NCBI GenBank assembly: GCA_963767925.1
Contig: CAVYGB010000010.1
Coordinates: forward strand, 736,001-800,000
Length of the DNA: 64,000 nucleotides
From: an uncultured delta proteobacterium
Lineage (GTDB): Bacteria; Myxococcota_A; Polyangia; Fen-1088
Direction: 5' to 3'
The notes under the pieces are model-generated. The model had not been told where the DNA came from. It saw nothing but the letters and a program-made list of their open reading frames with translations, and ran no database searches. The translations under genes were made by a program, and so were the position numbers. Numbering within the stretch: the first letter of the stretch is position 1; every line of letters starts with the position of its first letter. Positions 30,131 through 40,718 of this stretch are shown in pieces.

Positions 30131-30892
30131 TCAGCGCCGCCAGACGAAGACCCGGGGCTGACCCGGGCGGGCGGCGGGGCGAGCGGGCGGCGGCACGTAC
30201 TCCACGTCGGTGAGCCGGGCGCCCGCCGGCTGCTCCCCCCGCCAGTCGCCGCGATCGCCGCGCAGGCGGGCGTACATCCGCTCGGCGCTGCCCATCATCC
30301 AGAGCACGGCCGCCAGCAGCACGAGCTGGAAGCTCCAGAACAGCCCCGCGACCGCCAGGGCCACGCACACCACCCGGCCGACCTTGACCGCCAGTTCGGT
30401 GGCGCCGACCAGGCCCCGCCGGCGGGCCAGCCAGGCCCGCAAGATGCGGCCGCCGTCCGAGGGGAAGGCGGGCAGCAGGTTGAACACCGCCAGCAGGAGG
30501 TTGACCCAGCCGAACACGGCGAAGGCCCCGGCCAGGGCGGGGACCGAGGTGACCGCGGCCAGCCCGTGGCCCAGCCCGGCCAGCGCGAAGGAGACCGCCG
30601 GCCCGGCGGCGGCCACCGCGATCTCGTCGCCCGGCTTCCGGGGCAGGTCCGACATCTGGGCCGCCCCGCCGAAGAAGTGCAGCTCGATGCCGGCGACCGG
30701 CACCCCCAGGTGGCGCGCCATGAGGGCGTGCCCCAGCTCGTGCAGCACGACCGAGCCCGCCGCGACGAGCACCACCGCCAGCCCCTGCAGGCCGCCCATC
30801 CACAGCAGGACGACGCCCAGCATGAGCAGGAACGAGAGATTCACCCGTATCGGAAACCCGGCCAGGGTGCCCAGCCGAAAGCTCGAGAACAT
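30131..30892 (-). CDS. site-2 protease (peptidase M50)
   Basis: HELGH, AGP and NLLPAFPSDGG motifs with TM helices. Confidence 0.93.
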   Translation of the reverse strand: MFSSFRLGTLAGFPIRVNLSFLLMLGVVLLWMGGLQGLAVVLVAAGSVVLHELGHALMARHLGVPVAGIELHFFGGAAQMSDLPRKPGDEIAVAAAGPAVSFALAGLGHGLAAVTSVPALAGAFAVFGWVNLLLAVFNLLPAFPSDGGRILRAWLARRRGLVGATELAVKVGRVVCVALAVAGLFWSFQLVLLAAVLWMMGSAERMYARLRGDRGDWRGEQPAGARLTDVEYVPPPARPAARPGQPRVFVWRR

Positions 30893-30970
30893 GTCCCCAT
30901 CACTTGAACCACCGCCCCCCCCCCGTCAAACCGCGCCACCCACGGGCGCCGCCTCTGACGCGGCGACCGT

Positions 30971-32302
30971 CTAACGCAGCTTTTCCAGGATGAAGCCTTC
31001 GGCCATCTCGCCGGAGGTGAAGACGATGCGGGGAGCGAGGGCGTATTCCCCGAGGAGGTGGGAGACCAGGGTGAGGTGGCCGAGGACCTTGTTGCCGTAG
31101 GCCTGGCGGATGCAATCGCTGCGCAGGTCCTCGAACCAGCGGGGGGTGGCGGCGAGCCGGGCGAGAAAGGCCTCGATGTCCGCGCCGGTCAGGGTCTTCT
31201 TGGGGCCCATGACGTCGGGCCGGGCGGCCAGCTCCCGCCGGCGCTCCTCGAGGCGCTGCAGGTAGGTCGGCGGATCGACGAAGCGGCCGGAGGCGTCCTG
31301 CAGCTTGCCCTGGACGGCGAGGATGACCCCGCTGTCGCCGAGCGAGACCAGCTCGCCGCCGAGCTTGCCGGTCGCCACCAGCTCCTTCAAGCGGGCGAAG
31401 GCGGCGGCGGCGGCCGGGGTGGCGGCGATCAGCTTCTTCAGCTCGTCGAGGTAAGCTTGCCGGGCGGCCGGGTAGCTGGTGAGGCCGGGCCGGGTCCAGA
31501 CCTTGGCGCTCGACTCGTCGTGGCCGAAGCGCAGGCTGGTCGCGGTCGGCCCGCTCTCGCCGGTGGGCCAGTAGGTGACCTGGAAGCTGCCGCCGCCGGC
31601 GTCGAGGATGATCCGGTCGAGCTGGTCGTGGGTGGCGGCGGCGTAGCCGTACGAGCCCTCCTGGTCGCCGGTGATGATGTTCACCGGGAAGCCCAGCTTG
31701 GCCTGGAACCAGGCCTTTATCTCGTCGGGGTTGGTGGCGGTGCGGGCCCACTGGGTGGCCACCGCGCCGAGCAGCTCGCCGCCGTCGCCGGCGCAGACCT
31801 GGCCGTAGCTCTCGAGCTGGGCGAGCAGGGCGTCCATGTCGGCGCGGGACAGCGCCCGGGGGGCCATGGCGCTGTCGACAACCCGGTCGCGCAGGCGCAT
31901 GGCCTTCTTGCAGACCCGCTCGCCCTCCAGGCTGGCGCGATCGCCGCCCACGGCGGTGGAGGTGACGATCAGCTTGACGTTGGTGCTGCCGATGTCGAAG
32001 GCGCACTGCCGGACGCGCGCCCCGGGAGGGGGCAGGGCCTCGGCCTGCGGGGGATCACACTCCAGCTCGGGTGGGGCCGGCGGGCAGGTGGCGGCCACCG
32101 CGGCCTCGCCGCCGCCATCGGCGCGCGGCGGGGCGCCATCGGCAGGCGCGGCGGCATCGGACGCGGCGTCGGGCGGCGGCGGCGCGCTCGTGCCGGCGTC
32201 GTCTTCGCAGGCCGATCCGAGCAGGGCCAGCGCGGCGGCGCCTCCGATCACGGCGGCGGCCCCCAGGACTCTAGACGTGTGCCGGAGCCAGGACGTGTTC
32301 AT
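30971..32302 (-). CDS. Ppx/GppA-family (ASKHA) phosphatase-like lipoprotein
   Basis: Lipobox LGSAC, Pro/Ala linker, DIGSTNVK, ATQWAR, ITGDQEG and LDAGGGSFQ motifs. Confidence 0.8.
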   Translation of the reverse strand: MNTSWLRHTSRVLGAAAVIGGAAALALLGSACEDDAGTSAPPPPDAASDAAAPADGAPPRADGGGEAAVAATCPPAPPELECDPPQAEALPPPGARVRQCAFDIGSTNVKLIVTSTAVGGDRASLEGERVCKKAMRLRDRVVDSAMAPRALSRADMDALLAQLESYGQVCAGDGGELLGAVATQWARTATNPDEIKAWFQAKLGFPVNIITGDQEGSYGYAAATHDQLDRIILDAGGGSFQVTYWPTGESGPTATSLRFGHDESSAKVWTRPGLTSYPAARQAYLDELKKLIAATPAAAAAFARLKELVATGKLGGELVSLGDSGVILAVQGKLQDASGRFVDPPTYLQRLEERRRELAARPDVMGPKKTLTGADIEAFLARLAATPRWFEDLRSDCIRQAYGNKVLGHLTLVSHLLGEYALAPRIVFTSGEMAEGFILEKLR

Positions 32303-32460
32303 GTTGATTCCCCCGGAGAGCTAACGCAGGCGCCCCGAGATCTTCGGGGCTCGCCCCAAGCTTTCCCTCCGAACCGCCCCGGTCTGGGTGACGGTTTCGC
32401 CACGGCTCGCAAGCCGGCAAGATCGCGGAAAAAGGCCGGGGGAACGCGGCCTCCGCGCGG

Positions 32461-33408
32461 TCAGCTCTCGCCGAGGAGGAGGCTGGTCTGGCGGGGATCG
32501 GGCTGGTCGCGCTTGCGGCGGCCGGACCCGGCCGGGGGGCGGGGGGGCTGGGTCGGGCGGGGGGCGCCGAGGAGCGCGCGCAGGCGGCCCAGGTTGCGGG
32601 CGAAGGAGGGGAGCTTGTCCGGTCCCGACGGGGTCTCGAGGATGCCCGGCACCTCGGCGAAGCGGGGGTCGTTGACCAGGCGCCAGAACGGGTACAGCCC
32701 CAGGGTGCCGTCGCCGATCTCCTGGTGCCGGTCGACCCGGCTGCCGAGCTCGGTCTTCGAGTCGTTGAGGTGGAAGGCCTTGACCGCCGCCAGGCCGACC
32801 CGCCGGTCGAGCTCGCCGAACACCCGGTCGTAGCCCTCCTCGCTGGTAAAGTCGTAGCCGGCGGCGTGGGCGTGGCAGGTGTCGAAGCAGATCCCCAGGC
32901 GATCCCCGCCCGGCGTGTCGCCCAGCAGCCGTTCCAGGTGCTCGAAGCGGCAGCCCAGACAGCTCCCCTGCCCCGCCGTCAGCTCGATCAGGAGCTGGGC
33001 GTGAAAGCCCCGCGTGCGGCGCAGCAGATCGGCGAGGTTCGCGCTCACCCGGGCCAGCCCCTCGTCCTCGCCGTCGCCGAGGTGGGCCCCGGGGTGCAGG
33101 ACGACGTGGTCGAGCCCGAGCTCCTCGGCGCGGGTCATCTCTTCTTCCAGGGCCTCGCGCGAGCGGGCCAGCACGATCGGGTCGGCCGTCCCCAGGTTGA
33201 TGAGGTACGAGGTGTGCGAGAGCAGGGGCCAGCCCACCGCCGCGTGCTCGCTGCGGAAGCTGGAGACCTCCTCGGGATGGAACGGCCGGGCGCGCCACTG
33301 GGCCGACGGACGGGCGAAGATCTGGATCGCGTCGCAGCCGTCCTGACGGCCGCGATCGATGGCGGCGTGTATCCCGCCGGCGACGGATTCATGGGCTCCG
33401 AGGCGCAT
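32461..33408 (-). CDS. nfo: endonuclease IV
   Basis: LGAHES, HTSYLINL, VLHPG, ELTAGQG, CFDTCH, HLNDSK, DRHQEIG, ILETP. Confidence 0.96.
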   Translation of the reverse strand: MRLGAHESVAGGIHAAIDRGRQDGCDAIQIFARPSAQWRARPFHPEEVSSFRSEHAAVGWPLLSHTSYLINLGTADPIVLARSREALEEEMTRAEELGLDHVVLHPGAHLGDGEDEGLARVSANLADLLRRTRGFHAQLLIELTAGQGSCLGCRFEHLERLLGDTPGGDRLGICFDTCHAHAAGYDFTSEEGYDRVFGELDRRVGLAAVKAFHLNDSKTELGSRVDRHQEIGDGTLGLYPFWRLVNDPRFAEVPGILETPSGPDKLPSFARNLGRLRALLGAPRPTQPPRPPAGSGRRKRDQPDPRQTSLLLGES

Positions 33409-33486
33409 TTTCGGCCCTTAGCATACTCGACGCGCAGCGACCCTCCGGACCGTTTTGCATCCGCCGTGCGCACCTCCTTACTGCAA

Positions 33487-33503
33487 TGAAACCCTTCTGA
33501 AAC
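33487..33503 (+). promoter_or_regulatory. putative regulator-binding direct repeat upstream of amt
   Basis: TGAAAC-N5-TGAAAC (11-bp period) in the nfo/amt divergent intergenic region. Confidence 0.35.
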
Positions 33504-33558
33504 AAGGGGCACGTTATTGGTTCCCGGGGGTACGGGATCGAGTAGAAGGAGCCGCCGA

Positions 33559-34923
33559 ATGACGCCCGCCGAGCTGAAGATCGCCCTCGACACGATCTGG
33601 GTCATGGTCGCCGCCATGCTCGTGTTCTTCATGAACGCGGGCTTCGGCCTGCTCGAAGCGGGCCTCTGCCGCAGCAAGAACGCGGTCATGATCCTGTCGA
33701 AGAACTTCGTGGTCTTCGCCATCTCGACCCTCGCCTTCTGGACGATGGGCTTCGGGATGATGTTCTCGGACGGCGGCGCGGTGGGGACCTCGGGCGGGCT
33801 GTTCCTCAGCGGCCCCGACAACAGCCCGGCGGTCGGGGCGGCCTACCAGGGGGCCTTCAGCTCGCTGTCCTGGACGGGCGTGCCCCTCCACGCCAAGTTC
33901 TTCTTCCAGCTCGTCTTCTGCGGGACCGCGGCCACCATCGTCTCGGGGGCGGTCAACGAGCGCACCCGCTACGGGTCGTTCCTCGTGTTCTCTTTCATCC
34001 TCACCGGGCTGATCTATCCCATCGCTGGCCACTGGATCTGGGGAGGCGGCTTCCTGGCCCAGATGGGCTTCTTCGACTTCGCCGGGTCGACGGTCGTGCA
34101 CAGCGTGGGGGGCTGGGCGGCGCTGGCCGGCATCCTCGTGATCGGCCCCCGGCTCGGCCGCTACGGCACCGACGGGCGGGCCACCCCGGTGCCCGGCCAC
34201 CACATGGGCTACGTGTTCACCGGCGCCTTCATCCTCTGGTTCGGCTGGTTCGGGTTCAACCCCGGGTCGACCATGGCCGTCGATCCCGAGGCCATCGCCC
34301 GCATCGCCCTGGTGACGAACCTGGCGGCGGCCAGCGCCACCGTGATGGCCTCGCTGTATAGCTGGGTGCGCCTCGGCAAGCCGGACTTCACCTTCACGGT
34401 CAACGGGGCCCTGGCCGGCCTGGTGGCGATCACCGCCCCCTGTGCCTTCGTCACCCCGAGCTCGGCGGTCAGCATCGGCGCCATCGCCGGCGTGCTGGTC
34501 ATCGAGGCGGTGCTGCTGTTCGACCGCCTGAAGCTCGACGACCCGGTGGGCGCCACCTCGGTCCACCTGGTCAACGGCATTTTCGGCACGCTCGCGGTGG
34601 GGATCTTCGGGGTCAAGGGCTTGAGCGGCCTCGGCAACGAGGGACTGCTCCGGGGCGGCGGAGCCACCCAGCTCTGGATCCAGGCCAAGGGGGTGCTGGC
34701 GGTGGCGGGGTTCAGCTTCTTCGCCTCGATGGTCGCCTGGTCGCTCATCAAGGCGGTCATGGGCGCCCGCTCCAACCCGGAGGAGGAGGTCAATGGACTC
34801 GACCTCACCGAGCTCGGCATGGAGGCCTACCCCGACGCCCGCGAGATCGAGGAGAAGGTCCGCCAGGAGTACGCCTCCATCGCGGCGGGCGCCGGGCCGC
34901 CGATGCTCTCGCAGCTCAAGTAG
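33559..34923 (+). CDS. amtB: ammonium transporter
   Basis: AAGGAG RBS; FQLVFCGTAATIVSGA, HWIWGGG, DFAGSTVVH, LWFGWFGFNPGS, NGALAGLVAIT, DDPVGA.SVH. Confidence 0.96.
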   Translation: MTPAELKIALDTIWVMVAAMLVFFMNAGFGLLEAGLCRSKNAVMILSKNFVVFAISTLAFWTMGFGMMFSDGGAVGTSGGLFLSGPDNSPAVGAAYQGAFSSLSWTGVPLHAKFFFQLVFCGTAATIVSGAVNERTRYGSFLVFSFILTGLIYPIAGHWIWGGGFLAQMGFFDFAGSTVVHSVGGWAALAGILVIGPRLGRYGTDGRATPVPGHHMGYVFTGAFILWFGWFGFNPGSTMAVDPEAIARIALVTNLAAASATVMASLYSWVRLGKPDFTFTVNGALAGLVAITAPCAFVTPSSAVSIGAIAGVLVIEAVLLFDRLKLDDPVGATSVHLVNGIFGTLAVGIFGVKGLSGLGNEGLLRGGGATQLWIQAKGVLAVAGFSFFASMVAWSLIKAVMGARSNPEEEVNGLDLTELGMEAYPDAREIEEKVRQEYASIAAGAGPPMLSQLK

Positions 34924-35860
34924 GCAGGCGCAGCCGCTCGAGGACCTCGAGGTAGTCGGGCGGCGGCTCGCTGGTCCAGCTCAGCTCGGCCCCGGTCACC
35001 GGGTGCACGAAGCCCAGGGTCTCGGCGTGCAGCAGCAGGCGGGCCGAGGCGATCGGCTGCTGCCCGGCCCGCTGCAGGTCGCGCACGTAGACCGTCTCGC
35101 CGACCAGGGGGTGGCCCCGCTCGGCGAGGTGGATCCGGATCTGGTGGGTGCGCCCGGTCTCGAGCCGGACCCGGCAGAAGGTGGCCCCCGCGAGCGGCTC
35201 GAGCGCGGTCACGTGGGTGACCGCCCGTTGCCCCTCGCCTCGCCGCGCGTTGGCCCCCCGCAGGCCGTCGCCCCGGTCGGCCTGGATGTACGACTCGATC
35301 CGGCCGCTGCGCACGGTCCCGTGGGCCGCGGCCAGGTAAGACCGCTCGGCCTGGTGCTGCTTGAAGACCCGGTGGAGCCCGCGCTCGGCGAGCTTGGTCT
35401 TCGCGAAGCAGAGCAGGCCCGAGGTGTCCTTGTCGATGCGGTGCACGGTGTAGAGCGGCACCACGGTGGCCCGCTTGCCCTGGCGGCGCCAGGCGGCCCG
35501 AACCAGATCGAGCGCGGTGCCCGACTCCTTGCGCTCGTAGGGGACGCTCGACACGCCCTCGGGCTTGTCGACGACGACGAGGTGGCCGTCCTCGAAGACG
35601 ATGCGCACCGAGGGGCCGCGCAGCCGCTCCTGGTTGGGGGCGGCCAGCCGCCAGGCCACCTCCTCGCCGCCGCGCAGGCGGCCGGCCGGATCGAGGGACA
35701 GCTCCCCCCCGACCGTGACCTTCCCGGTCCGGCACAGCCGCCGCACCTCTTCCCAGCTCACCCCTGGCAGGGCCTGCCGGAGGGCGGCCGCCAGGGTCAC
35801 CCCCGGTGGCGCGACAAGCACCCCATCGCGCAGCAACGGTCCCCGGGCGGCGGCATCCAT
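34916..35860 (-). CDS. RluA/RluD-family pseudouridine synthase with S4-like domain
   Basis: DKPEG, HRIDKDTSG, LETGRTHQIRIHLA, HPLVGE and LLHA motifs. Confidence 0.93.
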   Translation of the reverse strand: MDAAARGPLLRDGVLVAPPGVTLAAALRQALPGVSWEEVRRLCRTGKVTVGGELSLDPAGRLRGGEEVAWRLAAPNQERLRGPSVRIVFEDGHLVVVDKPEGVSSVPYERKESGTALDLVRAAWRRQGKRATVVPLYTVHRIDKDTSGLLCFAKTKLAERGLHRVFKQHQAERSYLAAAHGTVRSGRIESYIQADRGDGLRGANARRGEGQRAVTHVTALEPLAGATFCRVRLETGRTHQIRIHLAERGHPLVGETVYVRDLQRAGQQPIASARLLLHAETLGFVHPVTGAELSWTSEPPPDYLEVLERLRLPT

Positions 35861-36099
35861 CGGCGAAAGAGGTAACACGAGAACGCAGGGCGCGCGGCGC
35901 CCTCGCCGAGGTTCCCGTCCGGCGCGCCCTTTTCGGCGCGGCAACTGGGTGACCGGGCGGGGGTGTTCGAGCTTGAACGGGGATCCTGGTTCACCCAGAA
36001 TGGGCCGCGTTTTCCCGGTCTTGCCGACGGGGTGACCGGGCGCCGCGAACGTGCCACCCAGGACGCCGGCGCCGGCGCCCGGCGCGAGGAGGAACCTGC

Positions 36100-37392
36100 A
36101 TGAGATGGACGAGGCTTGTCATCGGTGGGATCGCGCTGGCGGCGGCGGGGCGAGAGGCCTGGGCGGCCAAGGCCGACGTCTACGCGCTGGTCGGGGCGCG
36201 GGTGGTGCCCGTGTCGGCCCCGTCATCGAGAACGGCACGGTGCTGCTGCGCGACGGGGTGATCGAGGCGTGGGGGCGAAGGTGGTGGTGCCGCCCGACGC
36301 GCGGGTGATCGACGGCAAGGGGCTCACCGTCACGCCGGGGCTGATCGACGGCTTCGGCGGGCTGGGGCTGCCGGCCCCCCGGCCGGGGGGCGCGCCCGGC
36401 AGGGGCGAGGCGCCCGGCGGGGGGGGGCCGGGGGTGGGCCGCCGGCGCCGGCGACGAGCGCCCTGCAGCCGCAGGCGCTGGCCCTCGATCGGCTGCGGCC
36501 GGCCGAGGCGTTGCGGGCCCGCGACCAGGGGCTCACGACCGCGCTGGCCATCGGGCGCGAGGGGGTGCTGCCCGGGCGCAGCGTGCTGCTCAACCTGTCG
36601 GGCAGCCGCGCCGAGCAGATGGCGCTCGTGCAGCCGGCGGCGATGCACCTGCACATGGCCACCGCTGGCCGGGGCTATCCGGGCGCGCTGATGGGGACGA
36701 TGGCCCACGCCCGCCAGCAGCTCCTCCACGCCACCCGCTACCGGGAGGAGTGGGCGCTGTACGAGGCGGCGCCGGCCGGCCGCAAGCGGCCCCGGTTCGA
36801 CCCGGCGCTGGCCGCCTGGCGAGAGGTGCTCGAGGGCAAGCTGCCCCTGGTTGTGACGGCCCCCCGGGAGAACGACATCCGGCGGGCGCTCGCCCTGGCC
36901 GACGCCTTCAAGCTGAAGGTCGCGGTGGCCGGCGTGCCTCGGGCGTTCGCGGTGGCCGGGCTGCTCAAGCGGCGCCAGATCCCGGTCTTCGTGAGCGTCA
37001 ACTTCAATCCGCCGCGGGCGGCGCCGGGCGCCGGCGGCGACGAGGAGCGGCAGAAGCGGGACATCGACGAGGCCAGCCGCAACCCCGCTGCCCTCCACAA
37101 GGCGGGCGTCTCCTTCGCCCTGGTGTCGGGCCACGGCTCCGGCTTCCTGAACGGCGTGCGCAAGGCGATCGAGATGGGGCTGCCGCGCGAGGCCGCCCTG
37201 CGGGCGCTGACCCTCGACGCCGCCCGGGCCCTCGGGGTGGCCGACCGGATCGGCAGCCTCGAGCGGGGCAAGCTGGCCAACGTGGTGCTCTGGTCGGGGG
37301 ATCCGTTCGACCGCAAGGCCCAGGTGAAGCTGGTGTTCGTCGACGGCCAGCTCCACGAGCCGGCGCCCCGCCCCCGAACGTCCCCGCGGTGA
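36100..37392 (+). pseudogene. secreted amidohydrolase-family protein with at least 3 frameshifts (pseudogene or sequencing error)
   Basis: GAGGAGG + ATG 36100, signal peptide, YALVGARVVPV / IENGTVLLRDG / VIDGKGLTVTPGLID split across frames; C-terminal GSLERGKLANVVLWSGDPF. Confidence 0.8.
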
Positions 37393-37512
37393 CGACCGCG
37401 AGGACGAGCCCCGCCCGGAGGAGCCGACCGACGACACCGCCGCGCAGCAGGACGCGCACGCCGGACAGATCGAAGACAGCGCGCAGACCGCGCACAGCGA
37501 GGAGACCCAGCC

Positions 37513-38423
37513 ATGAGGACGATCCGCGCCCGAACGTCCCGTCCCCGCGAGAGGCACCCCGGCCGGGCGGCGCGCGCGGCGCTGCTGGCGGCGCTGCTCG
37601 GGGTGGCCACCAGCCCGTTCGGGTCGGCCCGCGCCCAGGAGAAGACCGATCCGCCGGACCGGCCGCGCCCGGCGCCGGGCGCCCGCCCGGCGACCCCGCC
37701 GCCGAGCCCGGGGCCCACGCCCACCCAGCGCTCGAGCCCGCCCGGCCAGCCCGCGACGCCGGCCCAGCCCGCCACCCCACCCGCCCAGCCGGGGACTCCA
37801 CCCGCCCAGCCGGGGACTGCGCCCGCCCCGCCCGCCCCGCCGGCGGCCCGCGCCGAGGCGAAGCCGCCCGCCCCGCCGCCCCCGCTCGCTCCGCGCTGGA
37901 TCGCGCCCTGCCGCCGATGCAACCGGCCAGCAAGCCCATCGCCATCGTCAACGCCACCCTCCTCACCGTGGCCCGGGCCGGCACCATCACGGGCGGCACC
38001 GTGCTGACGAAAGGCGGCAGAGGCCGCGGCAAGAACGTCGCCGTGCCCCCGGGCGCGTCGATCATCGACGGCCAGGGGAAATTCGTCACCCCCGGGATCA
38101 TCGACTGCCACTCGCACACCGCCATCGTGAGCGACAGCGACTCGAAGGCCCGCAACCTCCCCTACGAGGCGGCGATGGCCCGGGCCTACGGCCTGCCGCC
38201 CGACGTCGCCCTGCGGGCCATCACCCTGGCCCCCGCCGAGATCCTCGGGGTGGCCGACAAGGTCGGCTCGCTGGCGGAGGGCAAAGACGCCAACGTCGTC
38301 ATCGCCACCGGCGACATCATGGACCACCGCACCGCCATCAAACACGTCCTCATCGACGGGGTCGAGCAGCCGCTGTCCACCCGCCACGCCCGCCTTTACG
38401 AGCCGTTCAAGGACCGCAAGTGA
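37513..38423 (+). pseudogene. amidohydrolase-family chimera with internal deletion and frameshift
   Basis: Signal and Pro linker, frameshift near 37890, then IDGQGKFVTPGIIDCHSH joined directly to ARNLPYEAAMA...GSLAEGKDAN; most of the TIM barrel is absent. Confidence 0.8.
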
Positions 38424-38595
38424 ATCCCTGAGCCGATCCGGCCGGCGGGCGGCGCGGGTCCGGGGAGGCTGCCCATCGGGTGTCAGCCTGGTTCACCCCG
38501 GGCCTCGCTCCGGGCCGCCGACCGGGGGAGCCTTCCCCTGGGATCCGCCGCGCGGGCGAGTCGGATCGGACGCCTGCCGGGGTTCCGCATACAAT

Positions 38596-39834
38596 GTGTC
38601 CGTGGCCGAGCACACCGAAGTGGATGAGACCCGGGCGGACCTGCCACCCGGGCAGAGGCCGGGGCGACGGGTCTGGATTCTGCTGGCCGCCTGCCTGCCA
38701 CTGGCTGTCGCCTGCGCGCTGGTGCCGCTGACCAGCCTGCGGACACTCGGCGCGCCCACCTGGGCGGCGGTGGCCGCGGCGGTGGCCCTGTTCCCGGTGC
38801 TGCCCGTGCTCTGGCATCTGCTCGCCGAGCGCAAGCGCTCGCCCGCCAACCCGGGCCCCGGCACCGCCCTCGAGCGGGTGGCCCTGCGCTGCCTGCTGGT
38901 GGGGGCGATCGCGCTGGCCATCTCCTTCGCCAACCTCGGGCCCCGGCAGGTGGGTACCGGCCTGGCCGGGCTGTTCGGCCTGCGCGGCCGGGCGGCTGCC
39001 CCGGTGGCCGACCCCCGGCCGGGCGCGCCGGTGGCCACCGTGTTCCGCCACGAGCTCGAGAACTTCATCCCCGCCGACGCCAGCCTGGTGGTGGCGATGT
39101 CGGGCGCCTCGGTGATGCAACAGCTCCTGGCCTCGCTGGGGGCCGACACGAAGAAGGCGGTGGCGGCGCTGCAGCGCTGCCAGATCCTCACCGAGCGCGC
39201 CGTCATCCTGGTGGCGACCCAGGACGCCGGCAACCGCCTCGTCGTCGTGCGGGCGCCCGGCATCACCGATCAGCGCAACCTCTATTGCGTTGTCGGCTTC
39301 CTCGGCAGCGACCGGATGGGCCTGAAGTTCACGCGCGACCGGGCGCCGGTGCGGTTCGAGCTGCAGGGGCTTTTGGGGCAGCCGCTGGCCTTCGAGGCGG
39401 TCGACGACCGCACCGTCATCGCCAGCGAGGGGACCTGGCAGGACAAGGCCCACAAGAAGCTGTTCCCGGGCGGCGCCAGTCAGGCCGACGGGCCCCTTGG
39501 CCCGGTGATGGCCCGGGTCGATCGCGGCGCGGGGCTGTGGGCCGCCGGGGTGGCCCAGACCGAAAAGGGGCCCTGGGACCTGTCGCTCGACGCCCGCTTC
39601 GAGGGGCGCGAGCTCGAGCTGCGCGGCAGCTCGGTCCCCCCCTCGGGCGAGGCGGACCGCGCCGAGCTGCGCATGCACGTGCCGCTGCCCTTCGCCGCGG
39701 CGCTGCCCCAGGCGGCCCTGGAGAGCGGGCTGCGCGGCGTGGTGACCGTGATCGCATCGGCCGGCGCGCGCCTGGCGCCGGCGCCTGCCACCGCCACCGC
39801 CAAGCCCCCGCCCGCCGGCCCCGGAAGCCGGTAG
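38596..39834 (+). CDS. hypothetical membrane protein
   Basis: Three N-terminal TM helices followed by a soluble domain with a Cys pair; coding-like codon usage. Confidence 0.72.
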   Translation: MSVAEHTEVDETRADLPPGQRPGRRVWILLAACLPLAVACALVPLTSLRTLGAPTWAAVAAAVALFPVLPVLWHLLAERKRSPANPGPGTALERVALRCLLVGAIALAISFANLGPRQVGTGLAGLFGLRGRAAAPVADPRPGAPVATVFRHELENFIPADASLVVAMSGASVMQQLLASLGADTKKAVAALQRCQILTERAVILVATQDAGNRLVVVRAPGITDQRNLYCVVGFLGSDRMGLKFTRDRAPVRFELQGLLGQPLAFEAVDDRTVIASEGTWQDKAHKKLFPGGASQADGPLGPVMARVDRGAGLWAAGVAQTEKGPWDLSLDARFEGRELELRGSSVPPSGEADRAELRMHVPLPFAAALPQAALESGLRGVVTVIASAGARLAPAPATATAKPPPAGPGSR

Positions 39835-39956
39835 ACGCGAACCCGCCGGACGCCCTGCGGGGTGTCCGCACCTGCGCCGGGTGGGGACGGGTGGGCGGCG
39901 CGCGGCGGCAGGGCGGGTCTCCCGGGTTCCGGGCCCGATCAAGTACACTCCTCTGC

Positions 39957-40664
39957 GTGCGCGTGCTCTGGATCTTCCTGCGGCGCCACTACCTGCGCCT
40001 GCAGGTGCGGACCCGCCGGCGCCTGCTGGTGGCCACCGCGATCGCGATGGCCCTCGCCCCGCTGTGGCTGCTCAACGCCACCGTCGCCTTCGTCGGGCAC
40101 ACGGTGATCTTCCCGCTGTCCCCGTTTTTCCTGCGCGAGAAGGTCTCGGCGCTGGTGGCCTACGCCGGGCACCGCCCGTTTTGTCTGTTTCGCGGCCACC
40201 CCGAGATGGCTCCGCTGATCGCCCGCGCCGGCGAGCGCCAGCGCCTGCCCAGGGGGCTGCTGGCGGCGGTGGTGCAGGTCGAGTCGGGCGGGCGTCCCCA
40301 CCGGATCTCCCGGGCCGGCGCCATGGGTCCCGGCCAGCTCATGCCGGCCACCGCGCGCGGCCTCGGCGTCGACGACCCGTTCGACTCTGCGGAGAACGTC
40401 GACGGCGCCGCCCGCCTGCTGGCCCGGCACCTGGCCCGCTTCCGCAGCGTCCGCCTCGCGCTCGCCGCTTACAACGCTGGCCCGGGCTCGGTGCGCGGCC
40501 GCCGCGTTCCCGACAACGGCGAGACCGTGCAATACGTGAGCAAGGTCATGCGGGCCTACGCCGGCCTGCGGCCCCAAGCGGACCGGAGACGCACACCCGC
40601 CAAACCGTTACCAGGTACGCTCCCCCGGGTCCCCGGCCCATTGCTCGTCTCCGGCCGCTGGTAG
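39957..40664 (+). CDS. lytic transglycosylase (SLT domain)
   Basis: VESGG, GAMGPGQLMPATA, ENVDGAAR.L, ALAAYNAG and ETVQYV motifs; N-terminal TM; GTG start inferred. Confidence 0.9.
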   Translation: MRVLWIFLRRHYLRLQVRTRRRLLVATAIAMALAPLWLLNATVAFVGHTVIFPLSPFFLREKVSALVAYAGHRPFCLFRGHPEMAPLIARAGERQRLPRGLLAAVVQVESGGRPHRISRAGAMGPGQLMPATARGLGVDDPFDSAENVDGAARLLARHLARFRSVRLALAAYNAGPGSVRGRRVPDNGETVQYVSKVMRAYAGLRPQADRRRTPAKPLPGTLPRVPGPLLVSGRW

Positions 40665-40718
40665 GCGTGATACCGTCTCGAGGGTACCCCCGTGTCCGTC
40701 GCATCGACCCGGGCCACG

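Noticed and set aside
33506..33522. Sigma54 promoter for amt (GGCACGTTATTGG)
   Set aside because: No GC at the -12 position with the required 10-nt spacing.
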